IMG/VR virus record: IMGVR_UViG_3300027581_000027
Span: 1 to 31,549 of that record
Strand: one strand, 5' to 3'
Length of the DNA: 31,549 nucleotides
DNA from: a virus
Taxonomy: Duplodnaviria; Caudoviricetes
Below the pieces are notes generated by a model. The model did no database searches and was not told the origin of the DNA. It worked only from the letters and a program-made list of their open reading frames with translations. Position numbers and translations under genes: made by a program. Below, piece after piece: positions 16,872 through 26,086 of this stretch. How positions within the stretch are numbered: the stretch's first letter is position 1; each line of letters begins with the position of its first letter.

Positions 16872-17156
16872 ATGAGAGAATCCACCATCGAACAGGCAGT
16901 CTGCGCTTATGCAAAAAGGAGAGGCTGCCTTACACTAAAACTATCTGGGCAAAACCAGAAAGGCCAGCCCGACCGGATGTTCCTCTACCATGGCCGCGTG
17001 CTGTTCGTCGAGTTCAAGGCACCCGGCAAGCGGCCTACCGCGCTGCAAGCTCGATGGCTCGACCGCCTGACCGAGCACACGTTCCATGCAACATCCTGCA
17101 ACGAGATCGAGGCGGGCAAGCGACTGATCGACCTTATTACCATGACCTACCAATGA
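16872..17156 (+). CDS. VRR-NUC domain nuclease
   Basis: MRESTIE..GQPDR..FVEFKAPGKRPTALQ. Confidence 0.9.
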   Translation: MRESTIEQAVCAYAKRRGCLTLKLSGQNQKGQPDRMFLYHGRVLFVEFKAPGKRPTALQARWLDRLTEHTFHATSCNEIEAGKRLIDLITMTYQ

Positions 17157-18526
17157 CCGAAACCTTCGAGCCTTTCAACTATCAAATCCCGATGGTCGAG
17201 CATCTACTCGCCAACGACCGCGCTGCCCTGTTCGTGTCGCCCGGCAAGGGCAAGACCGTGGTGACGCTGACAGCTCTGGACGTGCTCGCCACCTGCGGGC
17301 AGCTACGCGGTGCTCTAATCGTCGCCCCGCTCCGCGTCTGCTCAATCACATGGCCGGCGCAGGTTGCACGGTGGGCGCATACCTCATGGATGCGCGTGGC
17401 GAACCTACGAACCGCCGAAGGGCTGCAAGCATGGCTCGACGGCACTGCCGACATCTACCTGATCAACTCCGAGCTGCTGCCCAACCGTCTGCCGCTGATG
17501 TTCCCCAAGAAAAAGACGTTCGTCTGCCCTGTCGACACGCTGGTGATTGACGAGCTGTCCCTCGCCAAGAACCCTCAGAGCAAACGCTTCAAAGCCCTAC
17601 ACAAGCACTTGGGCGGCATCACCCGCCGCTGGGGGCTGACCGGCACGCCGATCCCGAACAACTACCTCGATTTGTGGATGCAGGTGCGCATGTTGGACGA
17701 TGGCAAACGGCTGGGCGTCAAATACTCAGGCTTCAAAGACGATTGGTTTTATGCTGCGGACTACATGGGCTACACCTACAAGCTCGTCACCGGCGCGAAA
17801 GAGCAGATCGACCGCCGCCTGGCTGACCTCGCGCTGGTCATGGTCGGCGATCCGTCCGACCTGCCTGCCTCATCAATCATCGACATCCCGGCGATCATGC
17901 CGCCCGCCGCCCGCCGCCAATACAAGACGCTGGAGAAGGAGATGCTTGCCGAGATCGCTGATGGCGAGATCACAGCACCCAGCGCCGGCGTGCTGGTCAA
18001 CAAGCTGCTCCAGATTACTTCCGGCGCGGTCTATGATGAAGACCGCAACGTCCTGCCTGTCCACGATGCCAAGCTCGACGCGCTGCGCGGCTTGCTCGAC
18101 AAGCACAAGGGCGAGCCGGTGCTGATCCTGACCGCGTTTAAACACGAATCCGCACGCATCATCGCCGCGATACCTGAGGCACGCATGTTCGACGAGATGC
18201 TTTTAGGTGAGTGGCAGGACGGTCGCATCCCAATCTGGGTCGCGGATCCGCGGTCACTCTCGCACGGCATCGACGGCCTTCAGAAATCCTGCCGGATCGC
18301 TATCTGGTGCTCGCTGACGTATAGCCACGAAACCTACGTCCAGACCAACGCCCGCCTGATCCGCACTGGACAGACCGCCGAAACGATCATTTACCGCATC
18401 ATCGCCCCTGGCACAATCGACGATGCGGTCGCCGAGGCTCTCCGCGACAAATCAGACACCCAGACCGGTATGTTACATGCCGTCCGCGCTCTCCAGCGCA
18501 TGACCCTCTCCAAAATAACAATATGA
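17153..18526 (+). CDS. SNF2-family helicase
   Basis: PGKGKT, IDELS, LTGTP, QTNARLIRTGQ. Confidence 0.9.
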   Translation: MTETFEPFNYQIPMVEHLLANDRAALFVSPGKGKTVVTLTALDVLATCGQLRGALIVAPLRVCSITWPAQVARWAHTSWMRVANLRTAEGLQAWLDGTADIYLINSELLPNRLPLMFPKKKTFVCPVDTLVIDELSLAKNPQSKRFKALHKHLGGITRRWGLTGTPIPNNYLDLWMQVRMLDDGKRLGVKYSGFKDDWFYAADYMGYTYKLVTGAKEQIDRRLADLALVMVGDPSDLPASSIIDIPAIMPPAARRQYKTLEKEMLAEIADGEITAPSAGVLVNKLLQITSGAVYDEDRNVLPVHDAKLDALRGLLDKHKGEPVLILTAFKHESARIIAAIPEARMFDEMLLGEWQDGRIPIWVADPRSLSHGIDGLQKSCRIAIWCSLTYSHETYVQTNARLIRTGQTAETIIYRIIAPGTIDDAVAEALRDKSDTQTGMLHAVRALQRMTLSKITI

Positions 18527-18747
18527 CGAAAAAAGAACTGAACCACATGCCCAAAGCCCTCCGCATCCTCGCAGAGCAGATCCAAGCTCCTGACCACGTC
18601 CCAGCGATGTGCCTGCGGGATGCCGCCTGCATGATCGAGTCACTAGAGCTTGCCATCCGCACGACGATTGACGAGAACCTGCACCTCGCCGATGGCGACA
18701 TCTGCACGCTCAAACGCTTGAAAGACGCGATTGGCTACGATAACTGA
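18523..18747 (+). CDS. Small hypothetical protein
   Basis: 74 aa, ENLHLADGDICTL; ATGA overlap. Confidence 0.6.
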   Translation: MTKKELNHMPKALRILAEQIQAPDHVPAMCLRDAACMIESLELAIRTTIDENLHLADGDICTLKRLKDAIGYDN

Positions 18748-18760
18748 CCCTCTCCAGAAT

Positions 18761-21001
18761 ATGAAAACTAAGACCATGCAACACCCCGAAATCGACTTCT
18801 ACTTATCCGCCACGGCCTCGACCGCCACGGCGACAACTACCCTCTCCGACCTCATCGACGCGATCAGATCCGACGAATTCGCCACCAAGATCGCCCGGCT
18901 GCGCTCGACGCTCGCCGCTGGTGATGATGACGGCTACGCAGTCGCGAAGAAAGACCTCCAAGCGGTCAGCATCTCCGGCACTGCCGAGGGCAAGCGTGCC
19001 AAGGCCATCGAGGAGGGCAGGTTCAGCCACAGCGGGCTGCTCCAGCTCGACTTCGATGCTGCCGACAACGTGGGCTGGACGGTAGAAGAGATCGTCGAGA
19101 TCCTCCAGGCTGAGCCGCGCATCGTCGCAGCCTTCGTCTCGCCCAGCGGTCACGGCGTGAAGGGCATCGCCCGCATACCCGTCTGCAAGACCAAGGACGA
19201 GCATGTGGCAGCCTTCGCCGCCGCCCGCAATCACTTCCGCGCCCACAACCTGACCATAGACGAAGCCTGCAAGGATCCAGTCCGCCTCATGTTCGTTTCC
19301 CACGATCCCGGCGCGTGGCTCGACCTTGACCGCACCGCGGTATTCGAGCCGGTCATTGGCACGCCTGAGCTGCCCAAGGCCGAGAAGCCCAAGAAGTCCA
19401 CAATCAAACTCAAGGCACCGCGCACGGCCTTCCCCGAGCCGCCTCGCTCAGGCATCCACGCGTGGCTCATGCAGGCGACCTGGCACTGCCGGTTCGCCGG
19501 TATGTCAGAATCCGACGCCGCCGCGAAGCTGCAAGGCTACGAGGGCAGCCTGCGCCGGCAATACCAGCCAAACGAAGTCAGGGACGCAATCCGCACGGTC
19601 TATGACTCACCCATGACGGAGCCAACCGCCGACTGGCGCGAGGCTGCCGACATGGTCGCAGCAAAGGCCGCCAGCGGATCCACGATGCAGTCATTCGACC
19701 CCGCCGACATCTTCTACGATGGACCGGCGAACAAATATCTAGTCCGCGTCGGCTCTGCCTACATGACCTACAGCAAGCTCAGCCCGATCATTACCGGAGT
19801 CACCCGACACCTCGCAGACGACTTCGATGAGCCTAAAGAACTCGCCCGCGCAGTCCGGGAGGCCGTCAAAAGCCGCGAGCTGGATGGCGGCGTGCAATGG
19901 CACGGCGGCATCGCCGGACACGCTCAGGGGCTGGCAATGGACACCAACGACCTGCCGATCCTCATCACCTCCGAAGCCAAGACCCCGCACCCAGCTTCAG
20001 GTGATGCACCTACCATCTCCGAGATCGTCGGCGGTGCCTTCGCGGATCCAACCGCAATCATGGTCTTCATGAGCTGGCTGGCCGGTCGCTACAAAGCCGT
20101 GCGATCCCACGTCCACATCCCATCGCCGATGATGGTGCTGGCAGGCGAGATCAACAGTGGCAAGAGCCTGATCGCTTGGATCGTGGCGCAGACACTAGGG
20201 GGGCGCACGGCCAACCCCTACGCATCATGGAGCGGCGGGATGCTCTGGAACGACGACCTAGTCGGATCTGAGCTGCTGCTCGTTGATGACTGCGTCGGCT
20301 CAACCGACATCCGCAGCCGGCGGAACTTCGGCGCCTCATTCAAAGAGGCAATCTATCCGCACGTCATCCAGCTCCGCAAACGCAACTCATCCAGCATCGC
20401 CGTTCGCCCGGTCTGGGCGTGCATTGTCTGTTGTAATGACACGCCGGAGAGCCTTCAGATCATCCCGCCCCTCGACAACGATCTCGCCGACAAGGTGGCT
20501 CTCCTGCACGTCATCGGCGTGAAGCTGCCGGTCGATACCTCTACGCCGGAGGGCAAGCTGGAGCTGCAAGCCATCATCCGCTCCGAGCTACCTGCCTTCG
20601 CCCAGCAGCTTATGGACTGGGTGACGCCGCCTGAGCTGCACGACAGCCGCTCTGGGGTCAAGGCGTGGCGCGACCCGCTGCTTACCGATGCAGTTGACGC
20701 ACACAGCCCGGCACGCCGTCTGGAGGAGCTACTAGAGGCCGCTCTCACCCACATGGGACTCTGGGGCGACCTGCCGCGCGATCTGACCGCCGCCGACATC
20801 GAGGGCAGGCTCAAGGATGTCCACAGCCCAGTATTCGACCAAGCCAAGCAGCTCTGCACATGGCATGGCGCCATGGGCTCAGCCCTCGCGAAACTGGCAC
20901 GATCCGGCAGCGAGTTCGTCACACTCTCACCGAACACGGTGGCAGGCAAACAGCCGCGCTACTGGGTCACTCCGCCAACTTTCAATCGGTCGTTTGAATG
21001 A
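18761..21001 (+). CDS. VirE-N (BT4734-like) primase domain fused to SF3-type helicase
   Basis: SGLLQLDFD, FVSPSGHGVK, CKDPVRLMFVSHDP; Walker A GEINSGKS; LLLVDD. Confidence 0.8.
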   Translation: MKTKTMQHPEIDFYLSATASTATATTTLSDLIDAIRSDEFATKIARLRSTLAAGDDDGYAVAKKDLQAVSISGTAEGKRAKAIEEGRFSHSGLLQLDFDAADNVGWTVEEIVEILQAEPRIVAAFVSPSGHGVKGIARIPVCKTKDEHVAAFAAARNHFRAHNLTIDEACKDPVRLMFVSHDPGAWLDLDRTAVFEPVIGTPELPKAEKPKKSTIKLKAPRTAFPEPPRSGIHAWLMQATWHCRFAGMSESDAAAKLQGYEGSLRRQYQPNEVRDAIRTVYDSPMTEPTADWREAADMVAAKAASGSTMQSFDPADIFYDGPANKYLVRVGSAYMTYSKLSPIITGVTRHLADDFDEPKELARAVREAVKSRELDGGVQWHGGIAGHAQGLAMDTNDLPILITSEAKTPHPASGDAPTISEIVGGAFADPTAIMVFMSWLAGRYKAVRSHVHIPSPMMVLAGEINSGKSLIAWIVAQTLGGRTANPYASWSGGMLWNDDLVGSELLLVDDCVGSTDIRSRRNFGASFKEAIYPHVIQLRKRNSSSIAVRPVWACIVCCNDTPESLQIIPPLDNDLADKVALLHVIGVKLPVDTSTPEGKLELQAIIRSELPAFAQQLMDWVTPPELHDSRSGVKAWRDPLLTDAVDAHSPARRLEELLEAALTHMGLWGDLPRDLTAADIEGRLKDVHSPVFDQAKQLCTWHGAMGSALAKLARSGSEFVTLSPNTVAGKQPRYWVTPPTFNRSFE

Positions 21002-21233
21002 GCGGTGTATTTACAAAAGCAGTTTTTAGCGTATTATGTAGGGTTATGTTTTCCACTCTACAGTTTAAAAAAAACAGTACATATAAGTAAAAAGAGAAAG
21101 AGCAAAAACTGACAGCGTAATAAAAAACCGAAAACCTCAGAACATGACCCCCCACAATCCGCCAGTCCTCTCTCCCTCGATTCACCCCGAAATTAGGCAT
21201 TGAAATCCCCAACCAACCCGATACCATACCCAC

Positions 21234-21431
21234 ATGACCTCCACAAAAAGTCAGACCAGCTTCCGCTCCCGCGTCGAGCATTACTCCGCACGCCACATCA
21301 CCAACGCTATCGGCTGCTCTCTGCCGACCGCCTACGACTGGCGATCAGGCCGACGAGCGCCTCCAGCGTGGATGCAAGACCAGATTATCGCCGACCTCGC
21401 CAACTACCACCCACAGGTCAAGCATCCATGA
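21234..21431 (+). CDS. Cro-like HTH protein
   Basis: SARHITNAIGCSLPTAYDWRSGRRAP. Confidence 0.65.
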   Translation: MTSTKSQTSFRSRVEHYSARHITNAIGCSLPTAYDWRSGRRAPPAWMQDQIIADLANYHPQVKHP

Positions 21432-21448
21432 GCCCCCCCCCCCTCTAA

Positions 21449-21503
21449 GGAGTCTTCTAAACGACCGTTTGACTGTACGCGGTGCCGACTCCGGGGAAAA
21501 CCC
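21449..21503 (+). other. Putative lambda-like cos site (cosQ/cosN)
   Basis: GGAGTCTTC...TGTACG|CGGTGCCGACTCCGGGG, upstream of Nu1/GpA-like terminase genes. Confidence 0.45.
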
Positions 21504-21534
21504 ACAAAAACTGAATTGAAACAAAGTAACGAGC

Positions 21535-21735
21535 GTGAAAGGCTACGAATCAACCCCCACCGTCAAGGACGCGCACAGCCCAGCCGGGCAACCGTTCCAT
21601 GCTCCGAAGTCGTTTGCCGACATGCCGGACTGCCCGTTCTGCCGATACGGAACGCCGGTGGAGTGCAAGGACTACTGGCTGTGCATCGACTGCGGAGCTA
21701 AGATGAGCAAGGCTCAGATCATCCAGAAACCATGA
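21535..21735 (+). CDS. Small zinc-ribbon protein
   Basis: CPFC...CIDC; ATGA overlap with terS. Confidence 0.55.
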   Translation: MKGYESTPTVKDAHSPAGQPFHAPKSFADMPDCPFCRYGTPVECKDYWLCIDCGAKMSKAQIIQKP

Positions 21736-22256
21736 GCGCAAAGAAAGCACCAGTAAAGAAGGCAGGAAAAGACACCGAGACAGTGACAACATCTCGATTG
21801 GCTGAAATCTTTGAAATCAATCGCAAGACGATTGCTCAGTGGCGCAAAGAGGGGAAGAGCGTGCCAGACAAGGTAGGCGGCAAAGAGCCGCTGGCAGAGT
21901 GGCGCCGATGGTTTGAGGCAAACCCTGACGCTGGGCATTTCGATGGGAAGCCGAGCAAGAGTCGGGAGGAGCTACTGGCGGTAAAGGTAGCGGTCGAGAT
22001 CGACCTGCTGGAGATCAAGCGGGACAGGGAACGCGGCAAGCTGCTGCCACGGGCCGAGGTCGATGAGCTGCTGATCAGAATCGCCATGGCCATGCAGTCG
22101 TATCTTCGCCGGTATGAACGCGAGATCCCAGCCTTGTGCCTGGGACTAACACTTTCGCAATCGACGCCGCTTGTCAAAGCCCGCACCCGCGAGCTGCAAG
22201 ACGTGCTTGCCAATACTTCCTCCGATTTCTGGAACGAACACCCTGAGAAAGACTAA
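21732..22256 (+). CDS. terS: Terminase small subunit (Nu1-like)
   Basis: wHTH LAEIFEINRKTIAQWRKEG, coiled coil ending ERGKLLPRAEV; precedes terL. Confidence 0.85.
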   Translation: MSAKKAPVKKAGKDTETVTTSRLAEIFEINRKTIAQWRKEGKSVPDKVGGKEPLAEWRRWFEANPDAGHFDGKPSKSREELLAVKVAVEIDLLEIKRDRERGKLLPRAEVDELLIRIAMAMQSYLRRYEREIPALCLGLTLSQSTPLVKARTRELQDVLANTSSDFWNEHPEKD

Positions 22257-22258
22257 GC

Positions 22259-24004
22259 ATGATCGATACTTTCGCCCGCGCCATGAAAGCACCGTCCGAC
22301 CTTCACCCGGCGGACTGGTGCGCGGAGCATGTCTATGTCGAGAACTCGGAACGCTCCGACAAATTTGACCCGTCACAAACTCGCTGGTGGAGAAAACCGA
22401 TGGGCCATTATGCCGACTATGAGACGCGGCAGATGGTCTGCTTAATGCCGACCGGCACGGGCAAGAGCACGTTCTTTGAGGCGATCAACTGCTGGATCGT
22501 GTCGGAGTCGCCCGGCTCGGTGCTTTACGCATCCATCACTGACCCGAACGCCGAGCTATGGGGAGAGACGCGATTTCTGAAAGCTGCCAAGAAGTGCAAG
22601 CCGCTTGATCACCTTTGGCCGCGCAACGCTCGCAACTCGGTTCGCCGGGATGCGATTATCTGGCCGCACATGTTCATGGTTCTCGGTGGAGCCAACCGTA
22701 GCAACTTTCAAGAAGTATCGATCACGCATGGACACGGCGATGAGGCATGGGAGTGGAAGCATGGCATGGTCCGCGAATGGAATGCTCGGAGCCACAACCG
22801 AGAAAACCGCAAGTTCGTGCTGGTATCTCAAGGCGGCGAGATTGCCAATGAGGATGGACATGGCGTGACAAGCGAGCTGCACGCCGAGCATGACAAATGC
22901 CGCAAATGGGAGTTCGCCTGGCAATGCCCGGAATGCAACCACGCCCAGCCGTTTGCCTTTGAATCGTTGAAATATCCAGAAACAGGAACGAATCAGGATC
23001 GAGCCGATGCTGTCGTCATGGTCTGTGCTGGGTGCCAACATGAATTTCCGGATGACATCGCCACGCGCCGAAAACTGCATGATTCCTGTCAGGAAAATGA
23101 CGGCTATCTTCTGACAAGCGACACCGGACAGCGTGGCTATGAAGGATTTCACGCCGACAGGACGGCAGTGTGGTGGCAACCGTGGGGCGATGACGTGCTG
23201 CGGAAGTTGTCTGCCGACCAGCAAGCGAAGGCCGGTGATTACACCGCGCTCAAACAATGGACGCAGAAAGACCGTGCGCGAGGTTGGACGGACAACCTCC
23301 AAGCATCTGAAATCATCCTGAAGCCAAGCGGCTACACTCGGACCGACTACACCGAAGGGCAGAAGATCGACGGAGAGGTCTTACGGTTCTGCACGATTGA
23401 CGCAGGCGGCGACCACTTTTGGCTTCGCATCCGGGCATGGTGCCAGGGTGGAGAATCGAAAGGTTTATTTTTCGGCTACATCAACAGCGATGCAGAGTGT
23501 GAAGAGATCCGCGCTCGCTACAACGTCGAGCCGAAGCATACCTTCCTCGATGTTGGCTTCGATCAAGAGCGCATGGCCGGCATCATCGTCAAATATGGAT
23601 GGCAAGGCATGAAAGGCGACGGCAACCGGAAGAGCGGCTGGGACTGGCCGGTTAAGGGTGACGATACGAAAAAGGAAGTCAGACTTTACTCAAAACGCTG
23701 GGTGGCACTTTCCAAGGAGAAGAAACCGGCGACTTGCTGGCACATCGCCACCGAGCCGATGCAATACATCCTGCAAAGGCTGATGTCTGGCGATGGCGCC
23801 GCGTGGATGGTCGAGGATGATGCTCCGCCCAGCTACGCAAAGCAGCTGAACGGCGAACGTCTGGAGACGGCAAAGGATGCGAAAGGGCGGGAGATTAAGA
23901 AATGGGTCAGGCATGGAGCAAACCACGGTCGTGACACCGAGGTTTATCAGGTTGCAGCTGCTCTCATGTTCAGAATCTTTACACCACCCAAATCCGATGA
24001 GTAA
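22259..24004 (+). CDS. terL: Terminase large subunit (lambda GpA family)
   Basis: PADWCAEH, PTGTGKST, GDEA, CPEC..CAGC Zn finger, TIDAG, NHGRDTEVY. Confidence 0.9.
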   Translation: MIDTFARAMKAPSDLHPADWCAEHVYVENSERSDKFDPSQTRWWRKPMGHYADYETRQMVCLMPTGTGKSTFFEAINCWIVSESPGSVLYASITDPNAELWGETRFLKAAKKCKPLDHLWPRNARNSVRRDAIIWPHMFMVLGGANRSNFQEVSITHGHGDEAWEWKHGMVREWNARSHNRENRKFVLVSQGGEIANEDGHGVTSELHAEHDKCRKWEFAWQCPECNHAQPFAFESLKYPETGTNQDRADAVVMVCAGCQHEFPDDIATRRKLHDSCQENDGYLLTSDTGQRGYEGFHADRTAVWWQPWGDDVLRKLSADQQAKAGDYTALKQWTQKDRARGWTDNLQASEIILKPSGYTRTDYTEGQKIDGEVLRFCTIDAGGDHFWLRIRAWCQGGESKGLFFGYINSDAECEEIRARYNVEPKHTFLDVGFDQERMAGIIVKYGWQGMKGDGNRKSGWDWPVKGDDTKKEVRLYSKRWVALSKEKKPATCWHIATEPMQYILQRLMSGDGAAWMVEDDAPPSYAKQLNGERLETAKDAKGREIKKWVRHGANHGRDTEVYQVAAALMFRIFTPPKSDE

Positions 24005-24311
24005 AAAACGCGGTGCATATCGAAGCAGGAAGGTTGAAACGAAGAAGCGCGACGATCAGCGACGAAGGGAAAGCGGCATCTACTATGAAGATGAGACGAA
24101 AAAATGGGTCAGTTTGAAGGGGCGAGAATTTAAAGCGGTTCCGCCCAATCGCCGGCTTTACATAAAGACCGAGGACATCGATCCAGAAACTGAGGCAGAG
24201 CTTGGAATGGCTATTGAAGGAAAATCTGACAAATTTGACAAATACGCAGCGGCAAGAATGATTGTCGCTCAGGCGATGTCAAAAGGACTGATCAAAGAAG
24301 GTAACATCTAA
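23997..24311 (+). CDS. Basic hypothetical protein
   Basis: 104 aa, Lys/Arg-rich N-terminus. Confidence 0.55.
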   Translation: MSKKRGAYRSRKVETKKRDDQRRRESGIYYEDETKKWVSLKGREFKAVPPNRRLYIKTEDIDPETEAELGMAIEGKSDKFDKYAAARMIVAQAMSKGLIKEGNI

Positions 24312-24316
24312 CCCGT

Positions 24317-24350
24317 TTGACTTTCGCCAACATGCGGAAAATCCTTCTCC
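24317..24350 (+). promoter_or_regulatory. Putative late leaderless promoter, copy 3
   Basis: TTGACT(24317-22)-TTCGCCA..17 bp-AATCCT(24340-45)-5 bp-ATG 24351. Confidence 0.65.
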
Positions 24351-24626
24351 ATGTCACCGTTTCGTCAAGCTCAAGGCATTTTCCGCGCTATTCGTGGAAA
24401 TTCAACGCTGATTGAAGCACAAAAAGCCGCATATCAGGCTGCCGCAGTTGCTCTGACATCGACGACCGGCGGGATTCAAGTGGAAAGCGCAACCGTCAAC
24501 GGACAATCCTTTTCCGGTAAAGCAACCTCAACGCCAGCCGAGCGTTTTGAGGTTTTGCAAATCCTCATGGGCATGATCGAACGTGATTCTGCCGGAAACC
24601 GAACCACCCGCGCCCGATTCTTATGA
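24351..24626 (+). CDS. Head-tail joining protein (gpW-like)
   Basis: 91 aa between terL and portal; VESATVNGQSFS hairpin motif. Confidence 0.6.
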   Translation: MSPFRQAQGIFRAIRGNSTLIEAQKAAYQAAAVALTSTTGGIQVESATVNGQSFSGKATSTPAERFEVLQILMGMIERDSAGNRTTRARFL

Positions 24627-26086
24627 TACTCGACCAATTCGGAAATGCTGCAACGTCCTATGCGAGCCGCAGGCCATCACGCCACGCTAATTTAGGCGGC
24701 GGCGAGAGGCCAAGCGAGTCGCGCAACCTTCGTGACCTGCAAAAGATCGTCACAAAATACGACAGGCAGACGCTGCAATCAGCAAGCCGGACGTTGTATC
24801 TTAACTCACCGCTGATGGTTGGGGCATCCAACCAAATCGGGATTTACGCCGTTGGCAACGCATGGCTTCCAACCTACAAGGGCAAGGACAAGGAGTTCGG
24901 TGACGCAGCGAAAATGTGGCTAAAAGACGAATGGTATCCGATCTGCAACATCATTGGAGACATCGCCGATTTCACCTCAGACATGTTTATTGATTCCGTT
25001 TCGATGGATCGTGACGGCGAGGTTTTTGAGTATTTCACATCGTCACCAAGCGGTTATCCACAGATCCAACAAATCCCCTCACACCGCATAGACAGCGGCG
25101 GACTGCCTGACGGCATCCAGCTAACAGGCAAATACAAGGGATTTGATCTGTATGACGGAATCGTCTATTTTCCAAACACATCAATTCCAGTTGCCTACTC
25201 ATTGTGCGACATCGACGGAAAACACAAACAGTTCATCGAGAAGAAATTCATCCTTCATGTTTTTGATCGCTACTGGCCGGAACAACGCCGAGGACTTCCG
25301 CTTTTCTGGCACTCGCTGAACAACCTTCGCGACATCATGCAGAGCGAGGAATGGGAACGCATGAACCTGCTTTCCATGTCCTCACTCAATTACACCGTTG
25401 AAAACGAATCTGGTGGGCCAGACATGGAAGAGCCCGGTTATGAACCGGCAACCAACTGCGGTGAGCTTGCTGTTCAATTCTTACAAGGCGGTCGCATCAT
25501 GTATGCCAAGGCGGGATCTGGTGAGAAGATCACGCAACATCAAAACTTCCGCCCTGGCAACCCTTGGCATGAGTTTTACGACATGCAGGCGCGTCAATGT
25601 CTGGTCGGTGCTTGCTTACCGGCAACCCTCTGGAAGCCATCCGGCCAAGGAACAGCGCAGCGCGAGGACATCGGCAAGGCGTGCCGGTTCGTCGAGGATC
25701 GCCAATCGACGCTGGAGAAAATCGGCAAGTGGAGAGTCACCAAGGCAATCGCTTGGGCGATGGAAAACGGACGCGTGCCGATGTCTGACCAATGGTATAA
25801 CTGGGGATTTACCAAGCCACCGAAACTCACGATTGACGATGGCCGCAGCCTCAAGGAAAAGATGGCACTTTACAAAGACGGACTGGTCAACGCCACCTCG
25901 ATCATGGGAGAACTTTCCACAGACTTTGACGAATCCATCGACGAGCGCACTGAGGAAGCTGCCAAGCTCCTCGTCAAGATCGCGGAGAAAAACGCCAAGT
26001 ATGGCGTCGAGATTGACCCACGCAGCGTGCGACTCGTCACATCGAACGAGCAACCGCAACCAGACACATCACCCAATGGCGATTGA
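24623..26086 (+). CDS. Portal protein, lambda family
   Basis: SRTLYLNSP, DRDGEVF, EQRRGLP motifs; synteny. Confidence 0.9.
   Translation: MILDQFGNAATSYASRRPSRHANLGGGERPSESRNLRDLQKIVTKYDRQTLQSASRTLYLNSPLMVGASNQIGIYAVGNAWLPTYKGKDKEFGDAAKMWLKDEWYPICNIIGDIADFTSDMFIDSVSMDRDGEVFEYFTSSPSGYPQIQQIPSHRIDSGGLPDGIQLTGKYKGFDLYDGIVYFPNTSIPVAYSLCDIDGKHKQFIEKKFILHVFDRYWPEQRRGLPLFWHSLNNLRDIMQSEEWERMNLLSMSSLNYTVENESGGPDMEEPGYEPATNCGELAVQFLQGGRIMYAKAGSGEKITQHQNFRPGNPWHEFYDMQARQCLVGACLPATLWKPSGQGTAQREDIGKACRFVEDRQSTLEKIGKWRVTKAIAWAMENGRVPMSDQWYNWGFTKPPKLTIDDGRSLKEKMALYKDGLVNATSIMGELSTDFDESIDERTEEAAKLLVKIAEKNAKYGVEIDPRSVRLVTSNEQPQPDTSPNGD

Noticed and set aside
16605-17152. N-terminal extensions of VRR-NUC (16605) and helicase (16775)
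   Set aside because: Overlap other genes; family-typical starts are 16872 and 17153
25398-26075. 686-aa protease starting at TTG 25398
   Set aside because: Overlaps the portal gene by ~690 bp with unnatural sequence; ATG 26076 at the portal end fits better
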